Shown here one piece after another: positions 46,629 to 55,714 of a stretch of DNA of 64,000 bases. This DNA comes from Vulcanimicrobiales bacterium (GTDB lineage: Bacteria; Vulcanimicrobiota; Vulcanimicrobiia; Vulcanimicrobiales; Vulcanimicrobiaceae). The position numbers and the translations under genes were made by a program. Positions within the stretch are counted from its first letter, which is position 1. Each line of letters starts with the position of its first letter. A model generated the notes under the pieces. The model was given only the letters and a program-made list of their open reading frames with translations, had not been told where the DNA came from and made no database searches. The stretch is taken from assembly GCA_038231455.1 (NCBI GenBank), contig JBBRLI010000006.1:32001-96000 (forward strand). Direction: 5' to 3'.

Positions 46629-48354
46629 ATGATCATACGCCGTCTCGCCGCCATCGTTGCCGCCATGCTAGTTGCATCGTCGCCTCGCACCGGCGCGAGC
46701 CGCGACGCCTCTTGCGGAACTTGAGTCGCAGTACTATCGCGCACGATGGGCGATGGAACCGACGAGCGCGACCGGGGCCGGGATTCATGATTTCGATGCG
46801 CAGCTGGCGGACTACAGCGCGCAAGGCTATGCGCAACGAACGGCGTTCGCGCACAGCTGGCTAAAGCGGTTGAGCGGCTTGAACGAAGCAACGTTTGCAG
46901 CCGACGATCGGTATGACATCGCGATTTGGAAAGGTTCGCTCGAGCGCGATCTGATGGACCTCGAAGAATCACAGACGTGGCGCCACAACCCCGCATCGTA
47001 CACAAGCGCTGCATCGTACGCGATTTACGGCCTTTTCTCGCGAGACTTTGCGCCGCTCGCCGATCGCATGCGGTCGGCTCTGGCGCGCGAACGCGCGATC
47101 CCGGCGATGCTCGCCGCTGCTGCGACCAACGTGACGACGGTCGACCCGATCACGGCGAAACTCGCCGCTGCAAACATGCGCGGTACGTTGAGGTTTTTCC
47201 GCGATACCGTTCCAGCGGCGTTTGCCGACGTGAAGGACGATACGCTGCAAGCGCAATTCAAACCCGTTAACGATGCGGTCGTCGCTTCGGTCCAGAAGTA
47301 CATCGACGCGGAGACCGCAGGCTCCCTCGCGCATCCGAGCGGCACGTTCGCGATTGGCGCCGATCAGTTCGCCCGTCGTCTTGCCCTGCAAGAAGGTCGC
47401 GCGCTACCGCTTGCGACCTACGAGCGCGTCGGAATCGCGGCGCTCACGGCGACGAAAGATCAGTTCATCGCGCTCGCAAAGCAAATCGATCCGAGCAAAA
47501 CTCCGCAAGAAGTCGCCGATGCACTTGGTGCCGATCATCCCGCCGCAGACGATCTCGTCGGGACGGCACAGCGCGAAATCGCTACCTTGCGCGCGTTCGT
47601 CCAAGCAAAGCATCTCGTTACGCTGCCCACGGAAAACAACGTCCTCGTTCGTGAGACGCCGATCTTCAATCGCGAAACGTCGTTTGCATCGATGAACACG
47701 CCGGGCGCGTTCGAGAAGAACGCGACCCAAGCGTACTACTACGTTACGCCGGTCGATCCGACGTGGACCGCCTCGCAGACCGCATCGCATCTGGGCTTCT
47801 TCAACAACTATGCATTCCCGATCGTCACCGCGCACGAAGTGATGCCGGGACACTACATCAACTTCGTCTTGGACAAAACGCAAGGTCTCTCGATGGTACG
47901 CGCGCTCTCGGGCAACCCGTCGTATAGCGAAGGTTGGGCGCACTACTGCGAGCAGATGATGGTCGACGATGGCTGGGGCAACGGCGATCCGAAAGTGCGA
48001 CTCTCGCAACTCCAACAAGCTTTGCAGCGCGAAGCCCGATATATCATTGGCTTACGCGAGCACACGCAAGGCATGACGGTCGAGCAAGCCGCGGCGTTCT
48101 TTCACGAGAGCACGTTCTATGGCGAGGCTCCCTCACAGCGCGAAGCGCTGCGCGGAACGCAAGATCCGCTCTACGGCTACTACACGCTGGGAAAACTGGA
48201 GATCCTCAAACTGCGCGCGGACTATCAAAAGAAATTGGGCGCGGCATATACGCTCCAAGGCTTCCACGACGCGTTCCTCGCGCACGGCAACCCGCCGATC
48301 GGCATCATGCGCCAAATTCTCCTTGGCAAAGACGACGACGGAGCGTTACTCTAG
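46629..48354 (+). CDS. DUF885 family protein; signal peptide out of frame (frameshift near 46683)
   Basis: HEVMPGH, SEGWAHYCE, YTLGKLEILKLR, FHDAFL; ATG 46629 signal-like peptide is in another frame. Confidence 0.85.
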
Positions 48355-48458
48355 CCGCTTTATTGGATTTTCGTTGCTCGCGTTATGTCACTATCCTGAC
48401 TCGCAGAGAGAGGAGCTTGCGGGAGTGAAATGCGGACCGCTGCGACGAGAAGTGACCG

Positions 48459-49205
48459 CTACGGCGTGGGCGTGGCCGTGGGCGTTGGCTCCGGCGTTTC
48501 GTCCGGGTCGCGTAGCGGCATGAAGCGCGCGACGGAAAACTGCGTGCCCAGCTCGTTGATGTCGACGTAGCCGTGGACGGCGTAAATGCCGACGGCGCCG
48601 ATGCCGAGTGCGCGTGAGAGGTGGATTGCGCCCGTGCCATCGGAGAGGGTGGTGATCCCCTTCGCTACCGACGGCGTGCCGACGATCGTTGCGATCGTGC
48701 CGTTCTTTGCCTTGAGTGCGCGGTCGATCGGCAGTGGCGGTGCGTAGACGAGCGTTCGATCCACAATCGGCGAGAACGTTTTTCCGAGCATCACAACGTG
48801 AACGGTGTACGATCCGCTCGCGAGCGCATGACGGTCGTTGGTCGTTCCTTCGAGCACATAGTTGGCGAGTTGATACACGCCCGGGGCAACCGAAATCGTG
48901 CGGCCGATTTCGATCGGTTTGTGCTCGAATGCGGACGACCAGAGCACGTGGTCTTGCTCGCGAATTTCAAGCAGAAACGTTTCCGCGTTCGCGAAGGCGA
49001 CATCGATTGATTTGAGCGAGCGGTTACGAATCCCGATGCGCACCGTCACCGGCGAGAGCACATCGATCGGCCCGTTCGGCACGAGCACGATTTCGGGGGA
49101 AAGCAACGGGGTGATATTTGGCGGGTGCGGCGCGGTTGTCGCGCGCGCGGTTACGCCGAGCGACGAGGCAAGCGAACCGAGAAGAAACGTCGCGCGATCG
49201 ATCAT
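48459..49205 (-). CDS. Exported hypothetical protein with Ig-like region
   Basis: MIDRATFLLG Tat-like leader; GSYTVHV; Pro/Thr tail. Confidence 0.65.
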   Translation of the reverse strand: MIDRATFLLGSLASSLGVTARATTAPHPPNITPLLSPEIVLVPNGPIDVLSPVTVRIGIRNRSLKSIDVAFANAETFLLEIREQDHVLWSSAFEHKPIEIGRTISVAPGVYQLANYVLEGTTNDRHALASGSYTVHVVMLGKTFSPIVDRTLVYAPPLPIDRALKAKNGTIATIVGTPSVAKGITTLSDGTGAIHLSRALGIGAVGIYAVHGYVDINELGTQFSVARFMPLRDPDETPEPTPTATPTP

Positions 49206-49217
49206 GTTCGTTTTATC

Positions 49218-49880
49218 TTACTCGCGTTTGCATGCGAAGGGAAATGCACGCGGCTGAACGAGCGTGATCGTTCGCTGTGCGACGCGGAGTAATCCGACAT
49301 CGGCGAGGACGCTGAGTTCCTTCGTGAGTGTCTCGCGGCTGGTGCCGATTAGGTCGGCGAGGTCTTTATGCGTGAGATTGAGTGCGATGCGAAGCGTCCC
49401 GTCGGGCTCTTCGACGCCGTGTTCGCCAGCAAGCTTGCCAAGGACGTCGACGAGACGGCCGGGCACACTCTTGCCGGCGAGTTCCGTGAGTTCTTGTTCG
49501 GCGCTGGTGAGCCGACGGGCGATTCCGCGCGCAAAGGCGCGTGCGATGATGGCATCGGATCGCAGGAGTTTCTCGAACGGGGCGGCAGGGATCGTCGCTA
49601 CGTCACTTGCTTCGATCGCGATTGCGCTTGTCGCGCGGCGCTGCGGATCGCTCATCCAGGTGAGTTCGCCGAAAATATCGCCGGCGCTGCGAATCCCGAC
49701 GATCGCCTCCGAACCGGTAGCCGACGTGCGCACGATTTTCACGCGTCCCGCGATCACGAAGTGTACGCCTTCGGCTTTATCGTCGGAGGCATACAATGTC
49801 TCGCCGCGTGCGATTTTGCGCGAACGGGACAGTGCGACGATCTCGGCGCGCTGCATCTCGGGAAGATCGCTGAGATTCAT
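49218..49880 (-). CDS. Crp/Fnr family transcriptional regulator
   Basis: GDIFGEL, LTHKDLADLIGTSRETLTK; ATG 49880 overlaps the upstream TGA. Confidence 0.95.
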   Translation of the reverse strand: MNLSDLPEMQRAEIVALSRSRKIARGETLYASDDKAEGVHFVIAGRVKIVRTSATGSEAIVGIRSAGDIFGELTWMSDPQRRATSAIAIEASDVATIPAAPFEKLLRSDAIIARAFARGIARRLTSAEQELTELAGKSVPGRLVDVLGKLAGEHGVEEPDGTLRIALNLTHKDLADLIGTSRETLTKELSVLADVGLLRVAQRTITLVQPRAFPFACKRE

Positions 49881-51469
49881 CCGCCGCCTCGTAGTGCGCG
49901 CCCCGGTCGCGCTCGCGTCGCTTCGCCGTTCCGAACGACGGCTTGCCCATTGACGAACACATCCCGAATCCCCGTCGGGCGCGCATACGGCCGTTCGTAA
50001 GTCGCGGTGTCGCGCACGGTCAGCGGATCGAAAACGACGAGGTCGGCGTATGCACCGACGGCGATCGTCCCGCGGTCGCGCAGTCCAAAGATCTGCGCGG
50101 GGAGTGCGGTCATCCGGCGCACCGCTTCTTCGAGTGCGAAGGTGCGGCGCTCGCGCACGTAGCGACCGAAGACGCGCGGGAAGCAACCGTACGTGCGCGG
50201 GTGCGGGACACCGCGTGCCGTTATGCCCTCGAAGGCACGAGCCGATGCATCGCTGCCGATACAGGTAAACTCCGCACCCATCACGGTTGCGACATCATCT
50301 TCACTCATCGTGAAGAACGCACACTGCACGTCGAGGTCTTCCTCATCGAGCAGTCGCAGCGCGGCGCGCGCGGGAGAGAGCCGCCACTGCTCGGCGATTT
50401 CATCGATACGCATTCCGGCGACCCAAGCGTTGCGTTCGGATGCGACATCGGTCACGAGAATGTCGTGCCAAGTATCGCCGCCGGAAAGATTGCGCTGCAG
50501 GTTGAGTCCGAGCATCACGGAGACGGCGATTTCGGGATCGCGCAGGCGCTCGAGCGTTGCCGCCGTTCCGCCGCTTCGTATTGCATCCGGCAAAATGGTG
50601 GCAAGCTCGGTCCAACTCGCAACGTACGGATACACATCGGTATGCACGGACATCCCGCGCGCACGCGCACGGTCGATCAGTTCGAGCGATTGGTGTACTT
50701 TGCCCCAATTCTTGCGACCTGCGGCTTTGTGATGCGAACATTGCACCGCAACGTCTGCACCCTCCCCGATTGCAAGCGCCTCTTCGACCGCTTCGATCAA
50801 ATCATCACCTTCGTTACGAATATGCGAGGCGTACAGCGGTTTGCCGGCTTCGCGCGCCGCACGCGCACAAGCGATGAGTTCGGCACGATCGGCATACCGG
50901 CCGGGTTCGTAAATGAGGCCGCTCGAAATGCCGAGCGCACCTTGCTCGACGCTCTCGTAGATGAGGCGTGTGAGCGCCCGGAGTTCGAAGTCCTCGAGCC
51001 GTCGGTCGTCGGGACCGCTGATTACCGCGCGTGCGCTGCCAAGACCGATAAGCGTGGCAACGTTGAGCGCGACGCCGTTCTTCTCAACGAGCTCGAAGAA
51101 TTCGTGCAAGTCGGACCAGTCGACGTCCGCGCGGTACGTTTTCATTTCCGCACGCGCTTTTTCTAGTGCCAACCCGCCTAGGGGAGCAACCGACGTGCCG
51201 CAGTTGCCGCCAATGTCCGTTGTCACACCTTGATAAATTTTGCCTAAAGCACGCCCATCGATGAGCCAAAGTCCATCAGAGTGGGAATGAACGTCGATAT
51301 AACCCGGTGAGACGGCAAGCCCCGAACACGCGATACGCTCCACGGCATCGCGCTCGCGAGCATCACCGATGTGCACGATTCGATCGCCCGCAAGCGCGAT
51401 ATCGGTCACAAACGGTGCACTACCGCTTCCGTCATAAATCGCTGCAGATTCAAAAATAGTCGTTAACAA
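49877..51469 (-). CDS. N-acyl-D-amino-acid deacylase (D-aminoacylase)
   Basis: PGYIDVHSHSD, GNCG, SHIRNE, SHHK, PHPRTYGCFPRV. Confidence 0.92.
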   Translation of the reverse strand: MLTTIFESAAIYDGSGSAPFVTDIALAGDRIVHIGDARERDAVERIACSGLAVSPGYIDVHSHSDGLWLIDGRALGKIYQGVTTDIGGNCGTSVAPLGGLALEKARAEMKTYRADVDWSDLHEFFELVEKNGVALNVATLIGLGSARAVISGPDDRRLEDFELRALTRLIYESVEQGALGISSGLIYEPGRYADRAELIACARAAREAGKPLYASHIRNEGDDLIEAVEEALAIGEGADVAVQCSHHKAAGRKNWGKVHQSLELIDRARARGMSVHTDVYPYVASWTELATILPDAIRSGGTAATLERLRDPEIAVSVMLGLNLQRNLSGGDTWHDILVTDVASERNAWVAGMRIDEIAEQWRLSPARAALRLLDEEDLDVQCAFFTMSEDDVATVMGAEFTCIGSDASARAFEGITARGVPHPRTYGCFPRVFGRYVRERRTFALEEAVRRMTALPAQIFGLRDRGTIAVGAYADLVVFDPLTVRDTATYERPYARPTGIRDVFVNGQAVVRNGEATRARPGRALRGGG

Positions 51470-51473
51470 CCGA

Positions 51474-51498
51474 GTTTAACCTAGTCCTGCCAGGGTAC
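51474..51498 (+). promoter_or_regulatory. SigB/SigF-type general stress promoter
   Basis: GTTTAA-N13-GGGTAC upstream of the KGG genes. Confidence 0.7.
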
Positions 51499-51544
51499 GA
51501 ACGTACCGATGGCCCGATAGCTCGAAGGGGGTTCGTACCAAGCC

Positions 51545-51775
51545 ATGTCAACAGAAGATAAAGCCACAGTCAATACCGGCGGCATGAGTGTCCGCGAAGC
51601 CGGCAAGCGCGGCGGCGATCGCGTCAAAGCCAAATACGGTTCGGAGTTTTACGAAACGATCGGACGTAAAGGCGGAGAAGCGACCAAAGAAAAGTATGGC
51701 CCGTCGTTTTACGAAGAGATCGGCCAAAAAGGCGGCCAAAAACTGAAACGTCCGGCCGGAGAGCCCACGAAGTAA
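51545..51775 (+). CDS. KGG-repeat (GsiB/Em-like) stress protein
   Basis: MSVREAGKRGG plus two 20-aa FYEEIGxKGG-type repeats. Confidence 0.9.
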   Translation: MSTEDKATVNTGGMSVREAGKRGGDRVKAKYGSEFYETIGRKGGEATKEKYGPSFYEEIGQKGGQKLKRPAGEPTK

Positions 51776-51778
51776 GGG

Positions 51779-52168
51779 ATGGCAGATTCGAAGAAACCAG
51801 CCACCGCACGCAAGGCGGCCGCGGGCGTCGCTGCGCCCCCGGCCAAAGATGGCGTCGCTAAAGAACCCGGTGGGGAAATGTCGGTACGCGAAGCCGGCAA
51901 AAAAGGCGGCGACACGGTCCGTGACCGTTATGGTTCCGGTTTCTACGAAGAGATTGGCCGCAAGGGCGGTCAGGCGACGCGCGAGCGTCACGGCGCCGAG
52001 TTCTACGAAGCAATCGGTCAAAAAGGCGGCAAGGTCGTCAAAGAAAAATATGGCGCCGACTTCTACGAGCAAATCGGACACAAGGGTGGACAGAAGGTCA
52101 AGAAGCTGATCGCCGACGCGAAAAAAAGCGCGGCCGAGGCGGAAGCAAAAGCCAAACAAAAAGACTAG
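51779..52168 (+). CDS. KGG-repeat (GsiB/Em-like) stress protein
   Basis: MSVREAGKKGG plus three FYExIGxKGG repeats. Confidence 0.9.
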   Translation: MADSKKPATARKAAAGVAAPPAKDGVAKEPGGEMSVREAGKKGGDTVRDRYGSGFYEEIGRKGGQATRERHGAEFYEAIGQKGGKVVKEKYGADFYEQIGHKGGQKVKKLIADAKKSAAEAEAKAKQKD

Positions 52169-52677
52169 CGGCAAATGCCGCGGCGCACGAGACGGCGGAA
52201 TTCCGCCGCCATCGCGCGTCGGTCGGCGTTGAAGTCGGGTTGCAGCGTCATCACAAGGCCGCGCGGCGTCGACCAAATGTAGCCGTTTGCGCGCTGGGCG
52301 TGCAACGTTGGGAAGGTGTGCACATCCGTGCATTCGCCTTCTTTTTTTGCGCTCGCGTAGGCGACGAGCGATTGGCCACGCTGCGGCCACTCGGAGAGCG
52401 CAAATCGTTTTCCATTCATCGCGTACTCGAGGCCGATGCCCCAGTTTTTCGGGTTATCGCCGCCAAAGAATGCGGGCAACATCGCAACGTCGATATAGTC
52501 GCGCGCCGGCAAGTACGGCCGGAAGGCGACTTTGCGGCGTGCTTCATCGAGCGAGAATGTTTTTCCGCGACTACCGATGAGGGTTGGCTCGGGTGTTGCG
52601 ACCGGGGCAGCGGCTTTCGCCGTGCAACCGGCGCACGCGATGATGAGGACCGCTGCGAGAAAAGCACGCGCGTTCAT
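52165..52677 (-). CDS. Hypothetical lipoprotein
   Basis: MNARAFLAAVLIIACAGC lipobox-like signal. Confidence 0.7.
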   Translation of the reverse strand: MNARAFLAAVLIIACAGCTAKAAAPVATPEPTLIGSRGKTFSLDEARRKVAFRPYLPARDYIDVAMLPAFFGGDNPKNWGIGLEYAMNGKRFALSEWPQRGQSLVAYASAKKEGECTDVHTFPTLHAQRANGYIWSTPRGLVMTLQPDFNADRRAMAAEFRRLVRRGICR

Positions 52678-52702
52678 AGAGAGAGCCGCTTCGGAGCCGG
52701 GA

Positions 52703-53245
52703 CTACATCGTCCCGCGGATTTTTCCGAGCTTGGTTTCGCCGGTCTTCACATTCCAGCTAAGATGGTCGACGTGGAGCACGATGTCGCCCTGGGTGAAGG
52801 TGCTTGGGTGCGCGAGCACCAGCGTTTGGCTAAATGAGTTCCAGACGGCCGAATCGCTTGTGAACGTGCGCACTTTGCCGTTCTCGGGGGCTTGGATCGT
52901 GACCGGCCCGGTCAGCGAGAAATCGTTCGAAGCGGTGTTGATCGTTGCGTGTTGTGCCTGGAGGCGCACGGGAGGCTTCCCTTTGCGGAAAAGCTTGCCG
53001 TCGCGGATGCCGTCGAGGTCTGCCGTTACCTGATCGGTGCTCATGCGGATCCGGTCGTAATCCAGCGACCACGAGCGGCCGTCGAGCCGGTGTCCCTCGG
53101 CCTGACCGTGCTGGATCGTTGTCGGTTGGAGCGTAGGCGCCGCCGGCGTATCGAGGCCCGCCTGGTAGATGCCGAGCCCGAAACCGATGACCGCGATGAG
53201 GCCGACCGTCCAGGCGACGGGCTTGAACCAGCGCGGCAGCGTCAT
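52703..53245 (-). CDS. LptC-like LPS export protein
   Basis: One N-terminal TM then beta-rich jellyroll-like domain; near lptD/lptFG-like genes. Confidence 0.6.
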   Translation of the reverse strand: MTLPRWFKPVAWTVGLIAVIGFGLGIYQAGLDTPAAPTLQPTTIQHGQAEGHRLDGRSWSLDYDRIRMSTDQVTADLDGIRDGKLFRKGKPPVRLQAQHATINTASNDFSLTGPVTIQAPENGKVRTFTSDSAVWNSFSQTLVLAHPSTFTQGDIVLHVDHLSWNVKTGETKLGKIRGTM

Positions 53246-54735
53246 GCCTTACGCCGTACGAGGAATGGGCCGAGTGCCAAAACCAGGAGCGCGAATCCGA
53301 TTGGCTGCGGGCCGATGTTCGCGTACGGGCCGGGCTGTGGTACCCCGACGGTGCCGACGACGACGGTTTGCGTGTCGAGTTCCGAGGCTTGGGTGTAGCG
53401 GCCGTCCGGCGCGATGATCCCCGAGACGCCGGTGGACGCCGCTCGCAGAACCCAGCGTCCCGTCTCGATCGCGCGAAGCGAGGCGATTTGCGCGTGTTGG
53501 TAGGGGCCGGCAGACTCGCCGAACCACGCATCGTCGGTTGCGACGGTAAGCAACTGTGACCCGTGCTGCGCCTGATCGACCGCCAGACCTCCGAACATCG
53601 ACTCCCAGCAGATGAGCGGCGAGAACGCCAGACCGTTCGGATCGATGATGCCGCGATCGGTCCCGCGCGAAAAATCGGAGATGAGATTCGTAAAAGGCAA
53701 ACTTCGCAGCGCCGCACCGCCGGGAAGAAACTCGGCGAACGGAACGAGTTGGCGTTTGCGATAGATCGCCATCGGCGCGCCGCCGGTGCCGTACACCCAG
53801 AGCGCGTTGTAGTAGCCTGCGGTATCTGCTTGAAACGCACCGACGACGAGCATCGCGTCGAGCGATTTTGCTAGCGCCCCGAATTGCATGGAAAGTCCGG
53901 CGTTCGCGGGGTTTCCAAGATCCGTTGTGATAACGGTCTCGGGCCAGAGAATCAACCGCACGTGCTGGTTTGCAAGCGTTTTCGTTCGTGTGGTGTAGCG
54001 GTCGATCGCGAGCTTAAGCGATTCGCCGGAATGTTCGTTCTTGAGTGACTGCTTGATATCGCCTTGTACGGCTGCAACGCGTGTGGTCGGCGTGAGGATT
54101 GCGCGAGCGGGCCACGCGAAATTCGCCGCGACCGTCGCGACGATCACCGTACCGACGACGACCGCACATGCGCGCACGCGTTCGCGCGAACGATCGAGTA
54201 CCGCCGCAGCTGCATACGCCGCCGATATCGCCACCGCGAACGTGAGTCCATACCCGCCGACGAATGCCGCAAGCGGCGCAAGCGGTGTGGACACGAACGG
54301 AGGAGCAATCTGTCCGAGCGGCACGCCGAGCGTTCCACTGCTGCGTAGCCATTCGAACACCACGAACGCCGCCGCGGCGACGAGCGGCACCAGCGGCGCG
54401 GCAACGTGGCGCACGGCATACGCCGTGACCAAGCCCGCAAGCGCGAAGGCAAAGGCCTCGGCTACGGCAGGCCCGCACGAGAGCAGAAAGGCGAAAGGCC
54501 CAAGAAACGCGCCGGCCGTCTCACCGAACCACGAAAAGCAGAGCGCGAAGTACAAAAATCCCGCAACATATCCTAGGCCAAAGGCGGCTTTGGGTTTTGC
54601 GCGCATCCAAACGGCAAAGAGACCCGTAAGTGCAACGGGGCTTAGCCAAGCCGCGTTCAGCTTGGGGAAGGCCGCCGCAAGAGCGAGCGCACACAACAAA
54701 ACGACGGCGATCGGCGCCGCGCGTGAGGGATTCAT
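53242..54735 (-). CDS. lnt: Apolipoprotein N-acyltransferase
   Basis: WPET, YRKRQLVPFAE, ICWES, DAWFG, QHAQIASLRAIE; start 54735 or 54765. Confidence 0.95.
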   Translation of the reverse strand: MNPSRAAPIAVVLLCALALAAAFPKLNAAWLSPVALTGLFAVWMRAKPKAAFGLGYVAGFLYFALCFSWFGETAGAFLGPFAFLLSCGPAVAEAFAFALAGLVTAYAVRHVAAPLVPLVAAAAFVVFEWLRSSGTLGVPLGQIAPPFVSTPLAPLAAFVGGYGLTFAVAISAAYAAAAVLDRSRERVRACAVVVGTVIVATVAANFAWPARAILTPTTRVAAVQGDIKQSLKNEHSGESLKLAIDRYTTRTKTLANQHVRLILWPETVITTDLGNPANAGLSMQFGALAKSLDAMLVVGAFQADTAGYYNALWVYGTGGAPMAIYRKRQLVPFAEFLPGGAALRSLPFTNLISDFSRGTDRGIIDPNGLAFSPLICWESMFGGLAVDQAQHGSQLLTVATDDAWFGESAGPYQHAQIASLRAIETGRWVLRAASTGVSGIIAPDGRYTQASELDTQTVVVGTVGVPQPGPYANIGPQPIGFALLVLALGPFLVRRKA

Positions 54736-55516
54736 GGTTCGTACACTTGCTCTAGTCGTCGTCATGTTCTCGCTGATGCTTGCGGCGTGTGGCCGTCAGG
54801 TGACCGGACTCAATGGTTCGGGGACGACCAACTCGATTCCAAGCGGTCAGATGCTGATCCGCTTTCGGACGCTTGCGCCCCTCGACCTCACGGCCAACCG
54901 CTACGTGATTGTCTTCAACACGATCGGTAACGGGCAGCAGCCCTATGCGAACGGGTTCATAACGGGCCTCACCAACTATTCGTTCACGTTCGTCGTCGGC
55001 GCGACCGGCGGTGTCGCGCAGTTCCCGCTCCTCAACGAGTACTATTTCCCGCCCGGCTCGCAGCAAGCACAGTCATTCAGCGTGCCGATTAACTCGCAGC
55101 AAGTGCAGTTCAACCCCAATTCCAACGGCAGCGGCACGGAGTTCACGCTGACCTTCCAGCGCACCGCCCTCCTGTGTGCACCCGTCCCGAACCCTGCGGC
55201 ATCGCCGTCGGCCACACCCTCCGCGACCCCCACGCCCGCACCGACCGGAACGGGCGCAACGCCGGCCCCGTCCCCCACGCCCGCCTGCGCGACGCTCGGC
55301 GGTCGCTCGTCGACCTGGAATATCAACTTCATCACAACAGACGCGAATAGTCTGCCGATCGATGCGCTCGGTGCCTCGGGCAAAGACGACGTGTCCTTCC
55401 AGCTGCAAGTCGACACGACGACCTCCTTCGATAAGCAGATTCAGCGCGCAACGCAGCTTCAGATCAACCCGCAAAGCGCGCAGATCGCCGGCGGCGAAAT
55501 CATCAATTCACCGTAG
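54734..55516 (+). CDS. Hypothetical lipoprotein with Pro/Thr/Ala insert
   Basis: MVRTLALVVVMFSLMLAAC lipobox; PT-rich loop flanked by two Cys. Confidence 0.75.
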   Translation: MVRTLALVVVMFSLMLAACGRQVTGLNGSGTTNSIPSGQMLIRFRTLAPLDLTANRYVIVFNTIGNGQQPYANGFITGLTNYSFTFVVGATGGVAQFPLLNEYYFPPGSQQAQSFSVPINSQQVQFNPNSNGSGTEFTLTFQRTALLCAPVPNPAASPSATPSATPTPAPTGTGATPAPSPTPACATLGGRSSTWNINFITTDANSLPIDALGASGKDDVSFQLQVDTTTSFDKQIQRATQLQINPQSAQIAGGEIINSP

Positions 55517-55545
55517 CTCCCCGCGAAAGCGGGTAAGGACTTCCT

Positions 55546-55713
55546 ATGAGCACACACACCCAACCGTGCGAACACGCGGAATGTCACTGCGTCGTCGTGG
55601 GTCCCGTCGAGGGCGCCTCATACTGCAGCGACGTTTGCCGCGAGCGCGACAATCAAAGCGAAGAGATGGAAGTCGGCTGCGAGTGCGGCCACTCACCCTG
55701 CGACTCGGAGTAG
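55546..55713 (+). CDS. Bacterial metallothionein-like protein (55 aa, absent from ORF track)
   Basis: MSTHTQPCEHAECHC...YCSDVC...CECGHSPCDSE; 8 Cys, 4 His; SD AAGGA. Confidence 0.8.
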   Translation: MSTHTQPCEHAECHCVVVGPVEGASYCSDVCRERDNQSEEMEVGCECGHSPCDSE

Positions 55714-55714
55714 C

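Noticed and set aside
49881-50186. N-terminal extension of the Crp ORF
   Set aside because: Lies inside the D-aminoacylase gene; the ATGA overlap at 49877-49880 marks the likely start.
51545-52168. 60-nt periodic repeats as a CRISPR array
   Set aside because: Degenerate, codon-phased coding repeats; no spacers or cas genes.
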